From the IMG/VR virus record IMGVR_UViG_3300028591_000115: 64,000 bases of DNA; one strand, given 5' to 3'. The notes beneath the pieces were generated by a model. That model did not search any database. It saw only the letters and a list, made by a program, of their open reading frames with translations, and was not told where the DNA came from. Shown here in pieces: positions 27,890 to 37,992 of the stretch. This DNA comes from an uncultured virus (IMG/VR IMGVR_UViG_3300028591_000115) (lineage: Duplodnaviria > Heunggongvirae > Uroviricota > Caudoviricetes). Every line of letters begins with the position of its first letter. The stretch's first letter is position 1. Position numbers and translations under genes: made by a program.

Positions 27890-28833
27890 TGAAAAAGAAA
27901 TTTATTAATGAAACACACATTGAGGGTTTACTTTACGACCATAAATTGGAAAAGAAAGTAACAGGTGCAAATTCTAAGGCTCCAGGAACCGAGTTTATTG
28001 CTGGCACCATCAGTATTGCCACTGATGATGCATTAGAAAATGTGGTACAGATCCATTATACGTATGAAACCGCGACTTTCGCAAAGTCTGGTAGCGCGAA
28101 TAGCCGTTTCCCTGTCCTCAGCAAGATCATCGACGAGAATCCTACAGTTTTGAATGTCGGTGCGGATAAGGCTTTGAAGCTTCGCTGTGATTCTGCAGTT
28201 GAATTGAATGAGTGGTATCGTGATGTGAATGATGAAAAGCCGCAGAGCATTGTGCGCAATGAGGGTGGATTCATTCATGTGGTAAATGCTTTGAATGAAG
28301 ATGAGAAGCAGCGTAATACTTTCAAGACCGATATGTTGATCACCAGTGTAAAGGATGTTGAAGCAGATCCTGAGAAGAAGATTGACGCCCATGTGAAGGT
28401 TAAGGGTGCTATTTTCCAGGATTATCGTAAACAGCTTCTGCCGGTCGAGTTTGTGGTTCGCGGCAAGGGCGGTATGCAGTACTTCCAGAATCTGGATGTG
28501 AGTGCGAAGAATCCTGTGTTCACCACTGTTTGGGGTCGTCAGCTCAGTAAGACTGTTGTAACCCGTACTGAAACTGAATCTGCGTTTGGTGAGAATGAAG
28601 TACGTGAGCGTACCAACACTACTCGTGAATTCGTAATTACTGGTTGCTCTAAGGAGCCTTACGAATTTGATGATGAGTCCACTATCACTAAGGCTGAAAT
28701 CTCTAAGATGATGGCTGATCGTGAGCTTGCGCTTGCTGATATTAAGCAGCGTCGTATTGAGTATGAAGCAAGCCGTGGATCCAGTTCTGCGGCAGCTGTT
28801 CCTGCATCCGCAGAGGATAACTACAACTTTTAA
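27889..28833 (+). CDS. single-stranded DNA-binding protein-like
   Basis: Beta-rich fold with acidic/aromatic tail (EDNYNF); upstream of the AAA recombinase. Confidence 0.6.
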   Translation: MKKKFINETHIEGLLYDHKLEKKVTGANSKAPGTEFIAGTISIATDDALENVVQIHYTYETATFAKSGSANSRFPVLSKIIDENPTVLNVGADKALKLRCDSAVELNEWYRDVNDEKPQSIVRNEGGFIHVVNALNEDEKQRNTFKTDMLITSVKDVEADPEKKIDAHVKVKGAIFQDYRKQLLPVEFVVRGKGGMQYFQNLDVSAKNPVFTTVWGRQLSKTVVTRTETESAFGENEVRERTNTTREFVITGCSKEPYEFDDESTITKAEISKMMADRELALADIKQRRIEYEASRGSSSAAAVPASAEDNYNF

Positions 28834-28851
28834 TTAAGGAGGGCACGATAA

Positions 28852-29838
28852 ATGGGTGTTTTAACTAGTCTTAAACCTCATGTAGTGAGTCGTGACCTTC
28901 GTGGATATAGTGTGTTCTTTTATGGAACACCAAAGACCGGTAAGACAACTATCGCGTCTAAATTCCCGGGTGCTGTAATCTTTGCTTTTGAAAAAGGTTA
29001 CAGCGCCATCCCAGGGGCTATGGCTCAGCCTATTAATAACTGGAATGAATTCCGCAGATTACTTGTGGAATTGAAGGAAGAGGAAACCAAAGCAACATTC
29101 CAGACCGTTATTATTGATACTGCTGATATTGCATATGACTATTGTACAGATTATATCTGTAACGATCAGGGCGTAGATAATATCGCAGATATTGGTTATG
29201 GTAAAGGCTATGGCATGGTAGAAAAGGAATTTGATACCTGCCTAAGAAAGATTATTCAGCTTGATTATGGTCTTATCCTTATTTCTCACAGTACCGAACG
29301 TACTGAAAAGAATGAAAAAGGCGAAGAGTATAGCAAACTTGAACCTACGCTTGATAAGCGTGGTCGTAAGATTTGTGAGCGGACTTGCGATATTATCGGT
29401 TTCTCTCATGAAGTAACCAATAAAGAGACCGGAGCACTTGAAACCAGACTGTTCTTGCGTGGTACCCCTAGATATGTAGCGGGTTCTCGTTTCAAGTATA
29501 TTCCGGATAGTATTGTGTTCACATATGACAACTTGGTTAATGCTATTGGCGATGCTATCGACAAAGAAGCTGCCGAGCATGACAATAAATTTGTTACCAA
29601 TGATCGTCAGAATGAATATAAGGAACATGAACTGGAAATGCCAAAGTTCTCCGATATGAAGGCAGAAGCTGAAGTATTGTTCGGAGAATTGATGGGCAAG
29701 GATCCAGGCAATAGATTGAAGATTTCCAAGATCATTTCCGAATATCTTGGAGTTGGAAAGCAGTTCAAAGATACAACCGAGGCTGACGCAGAGAAAGTTT
29801 GGCTGATCATTCAGGAACTGCGTGTTCTGAATAAGTAA
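28852..29838 (+). CDS. AAA_24 ATPase (Sak4-like annealing protein)
   Basis: YGTPKTGKTT, FEKG, IIDTAD, GYGKGY, ISH, DIIG, AGSRF. Confidence 0.8.
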   Translation: MGVLTSLKPHVVSRDLRGYSVFFYGTPKTGKTTIASKFPGAVIFAFEKGYSAIPGAMAQPINNWNEFRRLLVELKEEETKATFQTVIIDTADIAYDYCTDYICNDQGVDNIADIGYGKGYGMVEKEFDTCLRKIIQLDYGLILISHSTERTEKNEKGEEYSKLEPTLDKRGRKICERTCDIIGFSHEVTNKETGALETRLFLRGTPRYVAGSRFKYIPDSIVFTYDNLVNAIGDAIDKEAAEHDNKFVTNDRQNEYKEHELEMPKFSDMKAEAEVLFGELMGKDPGNRLKISKIISEYLGVGKQFKDTTEADAEKVWLIIQELRVLNK

Positions 29839-29840
29839 GA

Positions 29841-29894
29841 TCAAGCGAGCCTCAAAACGGCTCGCTTGACTTTTATCTTTTATTATGATATTAT
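29841..29894 (+). terminator. terminator overlapping next promoter
   Basis: TCAAGCGAGCC-TCAAAAC-GGCTCGCTTGA; TTGACT 29866, TATTAT 29889. Confidence 0.8.
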
Positions 29895-29915
29895 AAATGT
29901 ATAAGGAGAGAATAG

Positions 29916-30083
29916 ATGTTTTTCACAGCTTCACAGTGGTGTGTCATCGGTCTCATTATAATAGCAGGAGTTGTATCGGTATTTCAAATTAAGAAAATGC
30001 CGAAACATGCGTGGCCGTGGATCATTGGTTACTGGGTTCTCCTTACGATAAAAAATATTTTTGATTTGGTGGCGACATTGTAA
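29916..30083 (+). CDS. small two-TM membrane protein (55 aa, not in ORF track)
   Basis: AAGGAG RBS, MFFTASQWCVIGLIIIAGVV...; stop overlaps next ATG. Confidence 0.55.
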   Translation: MFFTASQWCVIGLIIIAGVVSVFQIKKMPKHAWPWIIGYWVLLTIKNIFDLVATL

Positions 30084-30628
30084 TGGCGACAAAAAAATTA
30101 GCACCTGTTAAATGTCCGTATTGTAATAAGTATTTTCATCGAGAAAATGAAGAATACGTCCAAATAAATAAAACACGATACGCGCATAAAGCGTGCTATG
30201 ATCGTCATAATGCTGAAATGACTCAAGAAGAACGAGATAAACAAGTTCTTGAAAATTTCATTAAGCAATTATTTGGCCTCGAATCAGTCTCAATGAAAAT
30301 AAAAAAGCAAATAGAAGATTATCATGACAATAAGGGCTATACTTATAGTGGAATATATAAAACATTACTATACTTTTATCAAGTAAAAGGTCATTCAATA
30401 GATAAAGCAAATGGTGGAATTGGTATTGTACCATATGTCTATGATGATGCAAAAAACTATTATACTGCAATGTGGATAGCTTCTCAACAAAATAAAGCTA
30501 AACCAATTGAACAATGGAAGCCGAATGTGATTGAAATTCATATTCCGCCGCCAGTATCGAAACCTATGCGCAGTAATAAATTCTCATTTTTAGAAGAAGA
30601 AGAGGAAGATGTAACTAATGGCGTCTAA
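30083..30628 (+). CDS. zinc-finger protein upstream of helicase
   Basis: CPYC...H..C; GIGIVPYVYD.A..Y. Confidence 0.7.
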   Translation: MATKKLAPVKCPYCNKYFHRENEEYVQINKTRYAHKACYDRHNAEMTQEERDKQVLENFIKQLFGLESVSMKIKKQIEDYHDNKGYTYSGIYKTLLYFYQVKGHSIDKANGGIGIVPYVYDDAKNYYTAMWIASQQNKAKPIEQWKPNVIEIHIPPPVSKPMRSNKFSFLEEEEEDVTNGV

Positions 30629-32168
30629 ATATGTAGATAGCACAGCAATAGTGCAAGTAATTGGTTGTATCTATAATAATTCACACATTTTAGATGCTGA
30701 CGACACATATTCTATAACCGAGGAAGATTTTCCAAATGAATTTCATAAGATCGTGATAGGAACAATGTTTAAACTTCACGAAGCTGGTGTAAGTAGATTC
30801 ACTATTGAATCAATTAATGATTATTTGGAGCATCATCCAAAAGTAAAAGCAGTATATGATCTCAATCATGGAAATGAGTGGATTCAAAAAGTAAGTGATG
30901 TAGCTATGGAGTCTACATTTGATTACTACTATAAGCGTATGCGGAAAATGACAATTCTGCGTATGTATGATAATCTTGGTATGGATCTAGCTTGGCTATA
31001 TGATCCAGATAATATTCTTGACACAAAGAAAAAAGAAGCACAAGAAGCTTGGCTTGATATGGTAACTCCAGCTGATATAGTTAATAAAATTGATGAAAAA
31101 CTGGATGTTATAAGAGCAAAGTTTGTTGATAATGATGATGGTATTGGTAGTTTTGCTGCAGGTGATGGAATTGAAGAACTTATTACTTCATTTGAAACAG
31201 TTCCTGATGTGGGTGTTCAGCTCTATGGTAACTACATCAACACAATTACTCGTGGTGCTCGACTCGGCAAGTTTTACTTACGTTCTGCTCCAACAGGAGT
31301 TGGTAAGACCAGATCAATGATCGCAGATGCTTGTTATATTGGTTGTGATTGGTTCTATGATGAACAATTTGGATGGAGAAAAAATGGTAAAGCATTTCCA
31401 ACATTGTTTATTGGAACTGAGCAAGATAAAGCAGAAATCCAAACAATGATGCTTTCTTTCTTAGCAAATGTTAATGAAGAGCATATATTAACTGGACGTT
31501 ATGAAAATGACGAACGTGATAGGGTATTACGTGCGGCGCAAGTTATAAAAAATAGTCCATTATATATTGAGGTTCTGCCCGATTTCAATTTACAAGATGT
31601 CGAGAATACAATTAAAAGAAATTTGCGTGAAAAACATATCCAATATGTATTTCATGATTATATTCATACTTCATTAAAAATCTTGGAAGAGATTGCGCGT
31701 CGCGCAGGTAAGGTCGCGTTAAGAGAAGATAATATTCTATTTCTGTTGAGCGCAAGAATTAAAGATATATGTGTAAAAAACAATGTCTTTATTATGAGTG
31801 CTACACAGTTGAATGGCGATTATCAAGATTCAAAAACTCCAGACCAGAACTTACTGCGTGGTGCGAAAGCAATAGCTGATAAGATTGACTATGGTTCAAT
31901 TTTACTTCCTGTTAAAGAACAAGATCTTGGTAGTTTGGAATCAATTTTACAACGTAATCCGCAGTTCCCAACTCCAAAGATTAAATTATCTATTTATAAG
32001 AATAGACGAGGAAGATATAAAAGTGTTATATTGTGGTGTGATGCCGATTTAGGCACTTGCCGCATAAAGCCAATGTTCATGACTGATTTTATGTATGAAT
32101 GGATTGGCATAGATGATCTTAAAGTAATAGTAAATGATTTTAGTGCATTTGAGGAGGAAGAAAACTAA
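30618..32168 (+). CDS. dnaB: DnaB-like replicative helicase
   Basis: SAPTGVGKTR, TEQ, HDYI, SATQLN, LRGAKAIADKID, KNRRG. Confidence 0.9.
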   Translation: MASKYVDSTAIVQVIGCIYNNSHILDADDTYSITEEDFPNEFHKIVIGTMFKLHEAGVSRFTIESINDYLEHHPKVKAVYDLNHGNEWIQKVSDVAMESTFDYYYKRMRKMTILRMYDNLGMDLAWLYDPDNILDTKKKEAQEAWLDMVTPADIVNKIDEKLDVIRAKFVDNDDGIGSFAAGDGIEELITSFETVPDVGVQLYGNYINTITRGARLGKFYLRSAPTGVGKTRSMIADACYIGCDWFYDEQFGWRKNGKAFPTLFIGTEQDKAEIQTMMLSFLANVNEEHILTGRYENDERDRVLRAAQVIKNSPLYIEVLPDFNLQDVENTIKRNLREKHIQYVFHDYIHTSLKILEEIARRAGKVALREDNILFLLSARIKDICVKNNVFIMSATQLNGDYQDSKTPDQNLLRGAKAIADKIDYGSILLPVKEQDLGSLESILQRNPQFPTPKIKLSIYKNRRGRYKSVILWCDADLGTCRIKPMFMTDFMYEWIGIDDLKVIVNDFSAFEEEEN

Positions 32169-32425
32169 TGGCTAAGCAGAAAAAGAACAAGGGTGTTAGC
32201 AACAAAAAGGAACAGTTTTGGGGTCGTGAGCTGGAATATATTATGCCGCGCAAGACCTTCGATGATCTGACGAAGGATTGCAAGACTAATAAGTTCCAGT
32301 ATGCCATGGACTACATTAACCAGACCTATGGTTTGCTGGGTCATGTAACCTCTCTTGTTCTGGAGGATGAGGCTGTAACTGGGCCTCATACTCCTGCCCT
32401 ACTTGAAGACGTTTTGATGGAGTAA
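32168..32425 (+). CDS. hypothetical protein
   Basis: GAGGAGG RBS, coupled to dnaB. Confidence 0.65.
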   Translation: MAKQKKNKGVSNKKEQFWGRELEYIMPRKTFDDLTKDCKTNKFQYAMDYINQTYGLLGHVTSLVLEDEAVTGPHTPALLEDVLME

Positions 32426-32435
32426 GGAGATTAAA

Positions 32436-33539
32436 ATGCGGCTAAATAAAGATGATATTAAAGAACAACTGACAACTGATATGGTCGAAGATTTAGTCCG
32501 CGATTTTGGCGGTGACCCGCAAGAAACCCCATTTGGGTTTATTGCGGGCACCATTTGTCATAATCATCCTGGCGAAGGGAGCCACAAGTTATATTATTAT
32601 GAAAACACGAAATTGTTCAGATGTTACACTGGATGCGATGCTACATTCGATATCTTCGAATTGGTCTGTAAAGTACATAATCTTGCCAATCCAGGATCAG
32701 AATGGTCATTATATAATGGAGTTAGGTTTATTGCTAACAAATTCGGTATCTCCGGAGAATATATTGATGCAGAAGATGAGTTTGGAGGACTTCCAGACAT
32801 GGGTGTTTTCGATAAATACTCACGTATAAAAGTTGCTCCAGAGGATCAAAAACGAATCCAATTGAAGACATATGATTATCACATTCTTGATAGATTGTGT
32901 TATCCGAGTATTGGTGATTGGATTGATGAAGGAATGGATTCAAAAATTCTAAAAGAAGCATGGATTGGGTTTTGTCCTTCTACCGATCAAATTACAATCC
33001 CTCATTTCGATGAAGATAACAGATTTATTGGATTACGTGGTCGCGCATTAGGTAAAGAAGAAGCTGAAATGTATGGTAAATATCGTCCAATGCAATTAAA
33101 TGGACAAATGTATAACCATCCATTAGGTCTTAATCTTTATAATCTGAACAATAGTAAGCAAAATATAAAAACGTTTCATAAAGCAATTATCTTTGAAGGT
33201 GAAAAATCCTGTCTATTGTATAGAAGTTATTTTGGAACGGAAAATGATATTTCTGTGGCTTGTTGTGGTAGTGCGGTAAGTTATTGGCAAATGAATAAAC
33301 TAATAGAGTATGGTGCTACTGAAATTGTAATCGCGTTTGATAGACAATATCAAAAATTGGGCGATGCAGAATACGAACACTGGACGAAAAATCTACGAGC
33401 AATCAATCTTAAATATTCTAACTACGTCAAATTAAGTTTTATATTAGACACAAAAAATAAGTTGGGATATAAAGATAGTCCAATAGATAAAGGACCAGAC
33501 GTATTTAAAGAATTATTTAAGAATAGAGTGAGTATATAA
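32436..33539 (+). CDS. dnaG: DNA primase
   Basis: CH..H...C..C zinc finger, ITIPH..GLRGR, KY, FEGEKS, AFD, KDSP TOPRIM. Confidence 0.85.
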   Translation: MRLNKDDIKEQLTTDMVEDLVRDFGGDPQETPFGFIAGTICHNHPGEGSHKLYYYENTKLFRCYTGCDATFDIFELVCKVHNLANPGSEWSLYNGVRFIANKFGISGEYIDAEDEFGGLPDMGVFDKYSRIKVAPEDQKRIQLKTYDYHILDRLCYPSIGDWIDEGMDSKILKEAWIGFCPSTDQITIPHFDEDNRFIGLRGRALGKEEAEMYGKYRPMQLNGQMYNHPLGLNLYNLNNSKQNIKTFHKAIIFEGEKSCLLYRSYFGTENDISVACCGSAVSYWQMNKLIEYGATEIVIAFDRQYQKLGDAEYEHWTKNLRAINLKYSNYVKLSFILDTKNKLGYKDSPIDKGPDVFKELFKNRVSI

Positions 33540-35275
33540 TGGAAATTAAATTAAGACGAGGTGGAGAAGGATTAGATCCTATATCCCGTATATTGTATTT
33601 GAGAGAAACTGATTGGAGTTTCTTAAATCCAAAAGAAGAAGATCAATGTGATTATAATACATTAGATAATATAGAAGCCGCAGCAATGAGATTACTTCGT
33701 GCACTTGTGCGGCAAGAACAGGTCTATGTATAGGTGGATAGTGATTGTGATGGATATACATCAGCAGCATTATTACTAAATTATATGCACGATATTGCTC
33801 CTGCAACTGTAGAAAGGAATTGGCATTATGGACTTCATAAAGGAAAACTCCACGGAATTGACGAAGGAGCAATTCCAAGCGGCACAACTCTTGCAATCGC
33901 TCCCGATTCAAGTTCTAACGAGTCTGAACTCCATGAAAGACTCTTTCAAGCTGGAATATCATGCGTTGTGCTCGACCATCACGAGTTTGACAATAGAGAA
34001 TGTGGGGAAAGGGCAATCATTGTCAACAGCCAACAAGGAAGCTATGGTAACCATTACCTCTCAGGCGTTGGAGTTGTGTACAAAGTATTACAAAAAATTG
34101 ATGAATTGCGGCATACCGAAGGAGGATGCGCGTTCTATCTTGACCTTGTGGCTCTCGGACTCACAGGAGATATGATGGACATGCGAGCGCCAGAAACGAA
34201 TTATTATATTACAGAAGGTTTTAAACAAGTTAATAATCCGTTTTTTGTGTATCTCGCAAATAAAAATGAATTTTCTATGAAGGGTAAATATAATCCGCAT
34301 TCTGTTGCATGGTATATTGTACCTTTCATTAATGCTGTTACCAGAATTGGCGACGATAAAGATAAATTATTGGTCTTTGAATCTATGCTTACTTGGAAAG
34401 CTGGTCAATTGGTTCCGAGTGATAAGCGTGGAGCATCAAAAGACGCAGAAGAATTAAGAGTTGTACAGGCTGTGAGACACGCTTCTAATGTTAAGCGTCA
34501 TCAAGATGATGAAAAGAAAAAACTTCTTGAAGAAATGTACAATAAGATTGAAAAATATCATTTAGCTGATGAACCGTTAATTATTATTCAGAATAAAGGA
34601 GTCCAAGATGATGATCCTATTAGAGGCATTACTGGGCTTGTTGCTAACCAGATTATGGCTACGTATGGCAAACCAACGCTCATCCTTAACGAATGTACCG
34701 ATCAAAGCACTGGGGAGACTATATGGATGGGTAGCGGAAGAGGGTTTAATACTGCTGGGATTACTAATTGGCGTGATTATATTGTTCAATCCGGCTGCGC
34801 CATTTTTGCTCAAGGTCATGCTATGGCATTTGGGGTCTCTTTTGACAGTGCTGGGTTGGAGCGGTTTAAAGCTAAGATAAAAGAAGACTTCGGCACAACT
34901 ATTTTTGAAAAGATTTATGATGTTGATTTTATATGGACAATGGCTGATGATTTTGATCAAATTATTATTGATATTGCTCGATATAAAGATGTCTGGGGAC
35001 AAGGAGTTCCAGAACCAATTGTGGCAATTGAACATATAAAATTAACTGATCCGATTGCGGTAAATCTATTACAAAAAGGTACTTTAAGAATTGACTTAAA
35101 ACCTAAACAAACTTCTATTATTAAGTTTGGTAGTAGCGTTGAAGAATATAGTAACTTGGTGGATCGAACCATTACAGTAATTGGAACTTGTGAAATCAAT
35201 GACTGGAACGGAGAATATCCACAAATTAAAATAATAGATTATTTCTTTGAATCCGTTTCAAGTTGGGATTTTTGA
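33539..35275 (+). CDS. recJ: RecJ-like DHH ssDNA exonuclease (TAG at 33731)
   Basis: VYV*VDSDCDG motif I, HG, PDSSS, LDHH, LSGVGV, DLVALG..GD, PFINA..R, GSGR, GHA.AFG. Confidence 0.9.
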
Positions 35276-35304
35276 CAAGAAAAGAAAGATATGGTATAAT
35301 AATT

Positions 35305-35544
35305 ATGAAAAATGAGAGATATATCGTATTGCAATATCCAATTTATGAACTTGATCTGCAAGCTGTGCATGATATATTCCACGATGTACAAAATGCACTT
35401 CCAGAATATAACGTAATTGCAATACCAGAATGTATTAAATGGTTTGAAATGTCAAGAGAAGAGTTAATGCAGGTACGAGGAATTTTAGATTGGATTTTGG
35501 AGAAAAAGAATGATATTAACAGCGAAGCAGGAACAGGGTCTTAA
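35305..35544 (+). CDS. hypothetical protein
   Basis: ORF after promoter 35272; start uncertain. Confidence 0.5.
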   Translation: MKNERYIVLQYPIYELDLQAVHDIFHDVQNALPEYNVIAIPECIKWFEMSREELMQVRGILDWILEKKNDINSEAGTGS

Positions 35545-36697
35545 AATTGCAGTTGAACGATATCATAACCATGAACCATATACAGTGATTGCTGGTTATG
35601 CTGGGGTAGGTAAATCTACCCTTATTCGTTTTATCATCGCAGCTTTAAATATTGATCCAGATTTAGTGGCTTATATTGCATATACAGGTAAAGCTGCGCA
35701 AGTATTAAGATCAAAAGGTTGTCATAATGCAATGACCGCACATAGGTTGTTGTATAAATCACATCCTCGTAGCGATGGTACATTTATTCATGTTCCTGTT
35801 GAAACGCTTGCTCCTTATAGACTAATTGTTGTTGATGAAATTTCAATGCTTCCAAAAAAAATGTGGGATCAACTTTTATTTTATGGTGTTCATGTAATTG
35901 CTCTTGGCGATCCAGGGCAATTGCCGCCAGTCGCTGCAGAGAATAATGGCGCCCTTGAGCATCCTCATGTTTTTCTTGATGAAGTAATGCGACAAGCGGC
36001 TGAAAGTGAAATTATTCAATTAACAATGGATATTCGTGCAGGTAATCCATTAAAATTTAAAATGGGTAATGAAGTACGAATTGTGGATAGAAATGAACTT
36101 TTAAAACCAGGGTTCTTATTCTGGGCCGACCAGATTATATGCGGAAAGAACGATACACGGCGAATGATTAACGATAAAATGCGTCGAACTATTTGGCTTG
36201 ATGAATATTCTGAAGAACCAATAGTTGGAGATCGTCTTATATGTTTACGTAATGATTGGGAATTAACTAATATGAATGGTGATGCTCTTGTTAATGGTTT
36301 AACAGGAGAATTAACTGGTATTGAGTACGGTGAAGGCCCAAGAGAAAATCCTTGGATGAAAAAAACTCCTATTATTGATTTTCTCCCCGATTATGAAGGA
36401 GCAGATCAGTTTTTAGGAATTGAAGTAGATTATAAATTATTAACAACTGGTGAAACAACTGTAACAAGAGGATATAATAGTAACTGGAAAAAGATTCCAA
36501 AAATTTTTCATCCTCATGAATTTGATTATGGATACGCAATTACTTGTCATAAATCTCAAGGTAGCGAGTTTAATAAAGTAATTGTTCTTGAGGAATTCCT
36601 TAAAGGAGAAACACGGGAGGATCATGCGAGATGGCTCTACACAGCGACGACAAGAGCGGCCCAAAAATTGATTATAGTCCAGAATTTTCACATATAA
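35510..36697 (+). CDS. RecD/Dda-like SF1B helicase
   Basis: GYAGVGKS, TAHRLL, VDEISM, GDPGQLPPV, RQA, YAITCHKSQGSEF, YTATTRA. Confidence 0.9.
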   Translation: MILTAKQEQGLKIAVERYHNHEPYTVIAGYAGVGKSTLIRFIIAALNIDPDLVAYIAYTGKAAQVLRSKGCHNAMTAHRLLYKSHPRSDGTFIHVPVETLAPYRLIVVDEISMLPKKMWDQLLFYGVHVIALGDPGQLPPVAAENNGALEHPHVFLDEVMRQAAESEIIQLTMDIRAGNPLKFKMGNEVRIVDRNELLKPGFLFWADQIICGKNDTRRMINDKMRRTIWLDEYSEEPIVGDRLICLRNDWELTNMNGDALVNGLTGELTGIEYGEGPRENPWMKKTPIIDFLPDYEGADQFLGIEVDYKLLTTGETTVTRGYNSNWKKIPKIFHPHEFDYGYAITCHKSQGSEFNKVIVLEEFLKGETREDHARWLYTATTRAAQKLIIVQNFHI

Positions 36698-37326
36698 ACA
36701 TTTTAAGTTTAGATGTAGATTGGATCATGGAGCCATCTATTGATTTATACAATAACAAAGTACAAAATGATGATTTTGATCAACAAAATTTAATTGCTGA
36801 ATTAAGTCCAGGAGTTACATTTACTGCAGATTTAAATAAATTTTATCAATTAAATCAATTATTATTTAGTCATAGATGTTTAGTTAAACCTGACGATCTG
36901 TATGTTGCTATTTCGCATCAACAAATTTTAGATGCAATAGACCAATGGAATATTCAACAACCATTTACTGTATGGAATATAGATCACCATCATGATTGTG
37001 GTTATATGCCACCAGATGCGCCTGATGAACAACTATTTGGAAGTCTTGGGTGCGGTAATTGGGTGCCTTGGTTAATGAAAAATTTTCAATATTTTGAGCA
37101 TTATAGATGGATTTGTAATTATAATTCAGATAAAGATATATTAAAATGCGCCCAACCTTTTGTACCAGATTTACTGTCTTCAAGTGATATTGGTATATTA
37201 GATAATATAACTTTTCAAAAAGTATTTATTTGTAAATCTCCAGGCTGGATTCCAAATCAATATCGTCCTCTTGTTGATAGTTTAATATATTCTTATCAAA
37301 ATTTCGTAAATAAGGAATCATTATGA
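36631..37326 (+). CDS. UPF0489-like (arginase/deacetylase-fold) protein, copy 1
   Basis: ILSLDVDW, H..I, NIDHHHDCGY, CGNW, FICKSPGW; start uncertain. Confidence 0.6.
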   Translation: MALHSDDKSGPKIDYSPEFSHINILSLDVDWIMEPSIDLYNNKVQNDDFDQQNLIAELSPGVTFTADLNKFYQLNQLLFSHRCLVKPDDLYVAISHQQILDAIDQWNIQQPFTVWNIDHHHDCGYMPPDAPDEQLFGSLGCGNWVPWLMKNFQYFEHYRWICNYNSDKDILKCAQPFVPDLLSSSDIGILDNITFQKVFICKSPGWIPNQYRPLVDSLIYSYQNFVNKESL

Positions 37327-37952
37327 TAAATATTTTAAGTATTGATATAGATTGGATAATGGAGCCATCAATTCAAATCTATAATTGGTTAATCAATGAG
37401 GATACAGAAACTGAACAATTTAATCTTGAAGTGAATGCCCCGGGCGTAGTGTTACCTCCAGATTTATATAAATTTTATCAACTTAACAAGATATTATTTA
37501 CACCTAATTGTAAAGTTGATAAAGATAGTCTTGTAATTCAAAAATCACATAAGGGTATTGTTCGTGCAATTTCAAACTGGAAAATTAATGAGCCATATAT
37601 CGTATGGAATGTGGATCATCACCATGATTGTGGATATACTGATAAAACAGGAAATGCTCGTCAAGCTTATTATAATGGTGCAACTTGTGGTAATTGGGCT
37701 GCATATTTAGCATTACATGATAAAAATTTAAAGCAATATTGTTGGATTGGTAATTTTAATTCTAATCATGATATAGATGAAGATATTAAAAAACAACTGC
37801 CGCAGTATCATTATTTTGAAAATATTAATGTATTATCAGAAATTAAATTTGATAAAATATTTATATGTCGTTCACCTGGATGGATGCCAGATAATGTTAC
37901 TCCATTAGTTGATACATTAACTACTACATTTGAATCTTTTATAAAATTATGA
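37323..37952 (+). CDS. UPF0489-like protein, copy 2
   Basis: ILSIDIDW, NVDHHHDCGY, CGNW, FICRSPGW. Confidence 0.65.
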   Translation: MINILSIDIDWIMEPSIQIYNWLINEDTETEQFNLEVNAPGVVLPPDLYKFYQLNKILFTPNCKVDKDSLVIQKSHKGIVRAISNWKINEPYIVWNVDHHHDCGYTDKTGNARQAYYNGATCGNWAAYLALHDKNLKQYCWIGNFNSNHDIDEDIKKQLPQYHYFENINVLSEIKFDKIFICRSPGWMPDNVTPLVDTLTTTFESFIKL

Positions 37953-37992
37953 TATAATATATAGAGAATGAAAAGAAAGGAAATTGTTACGC

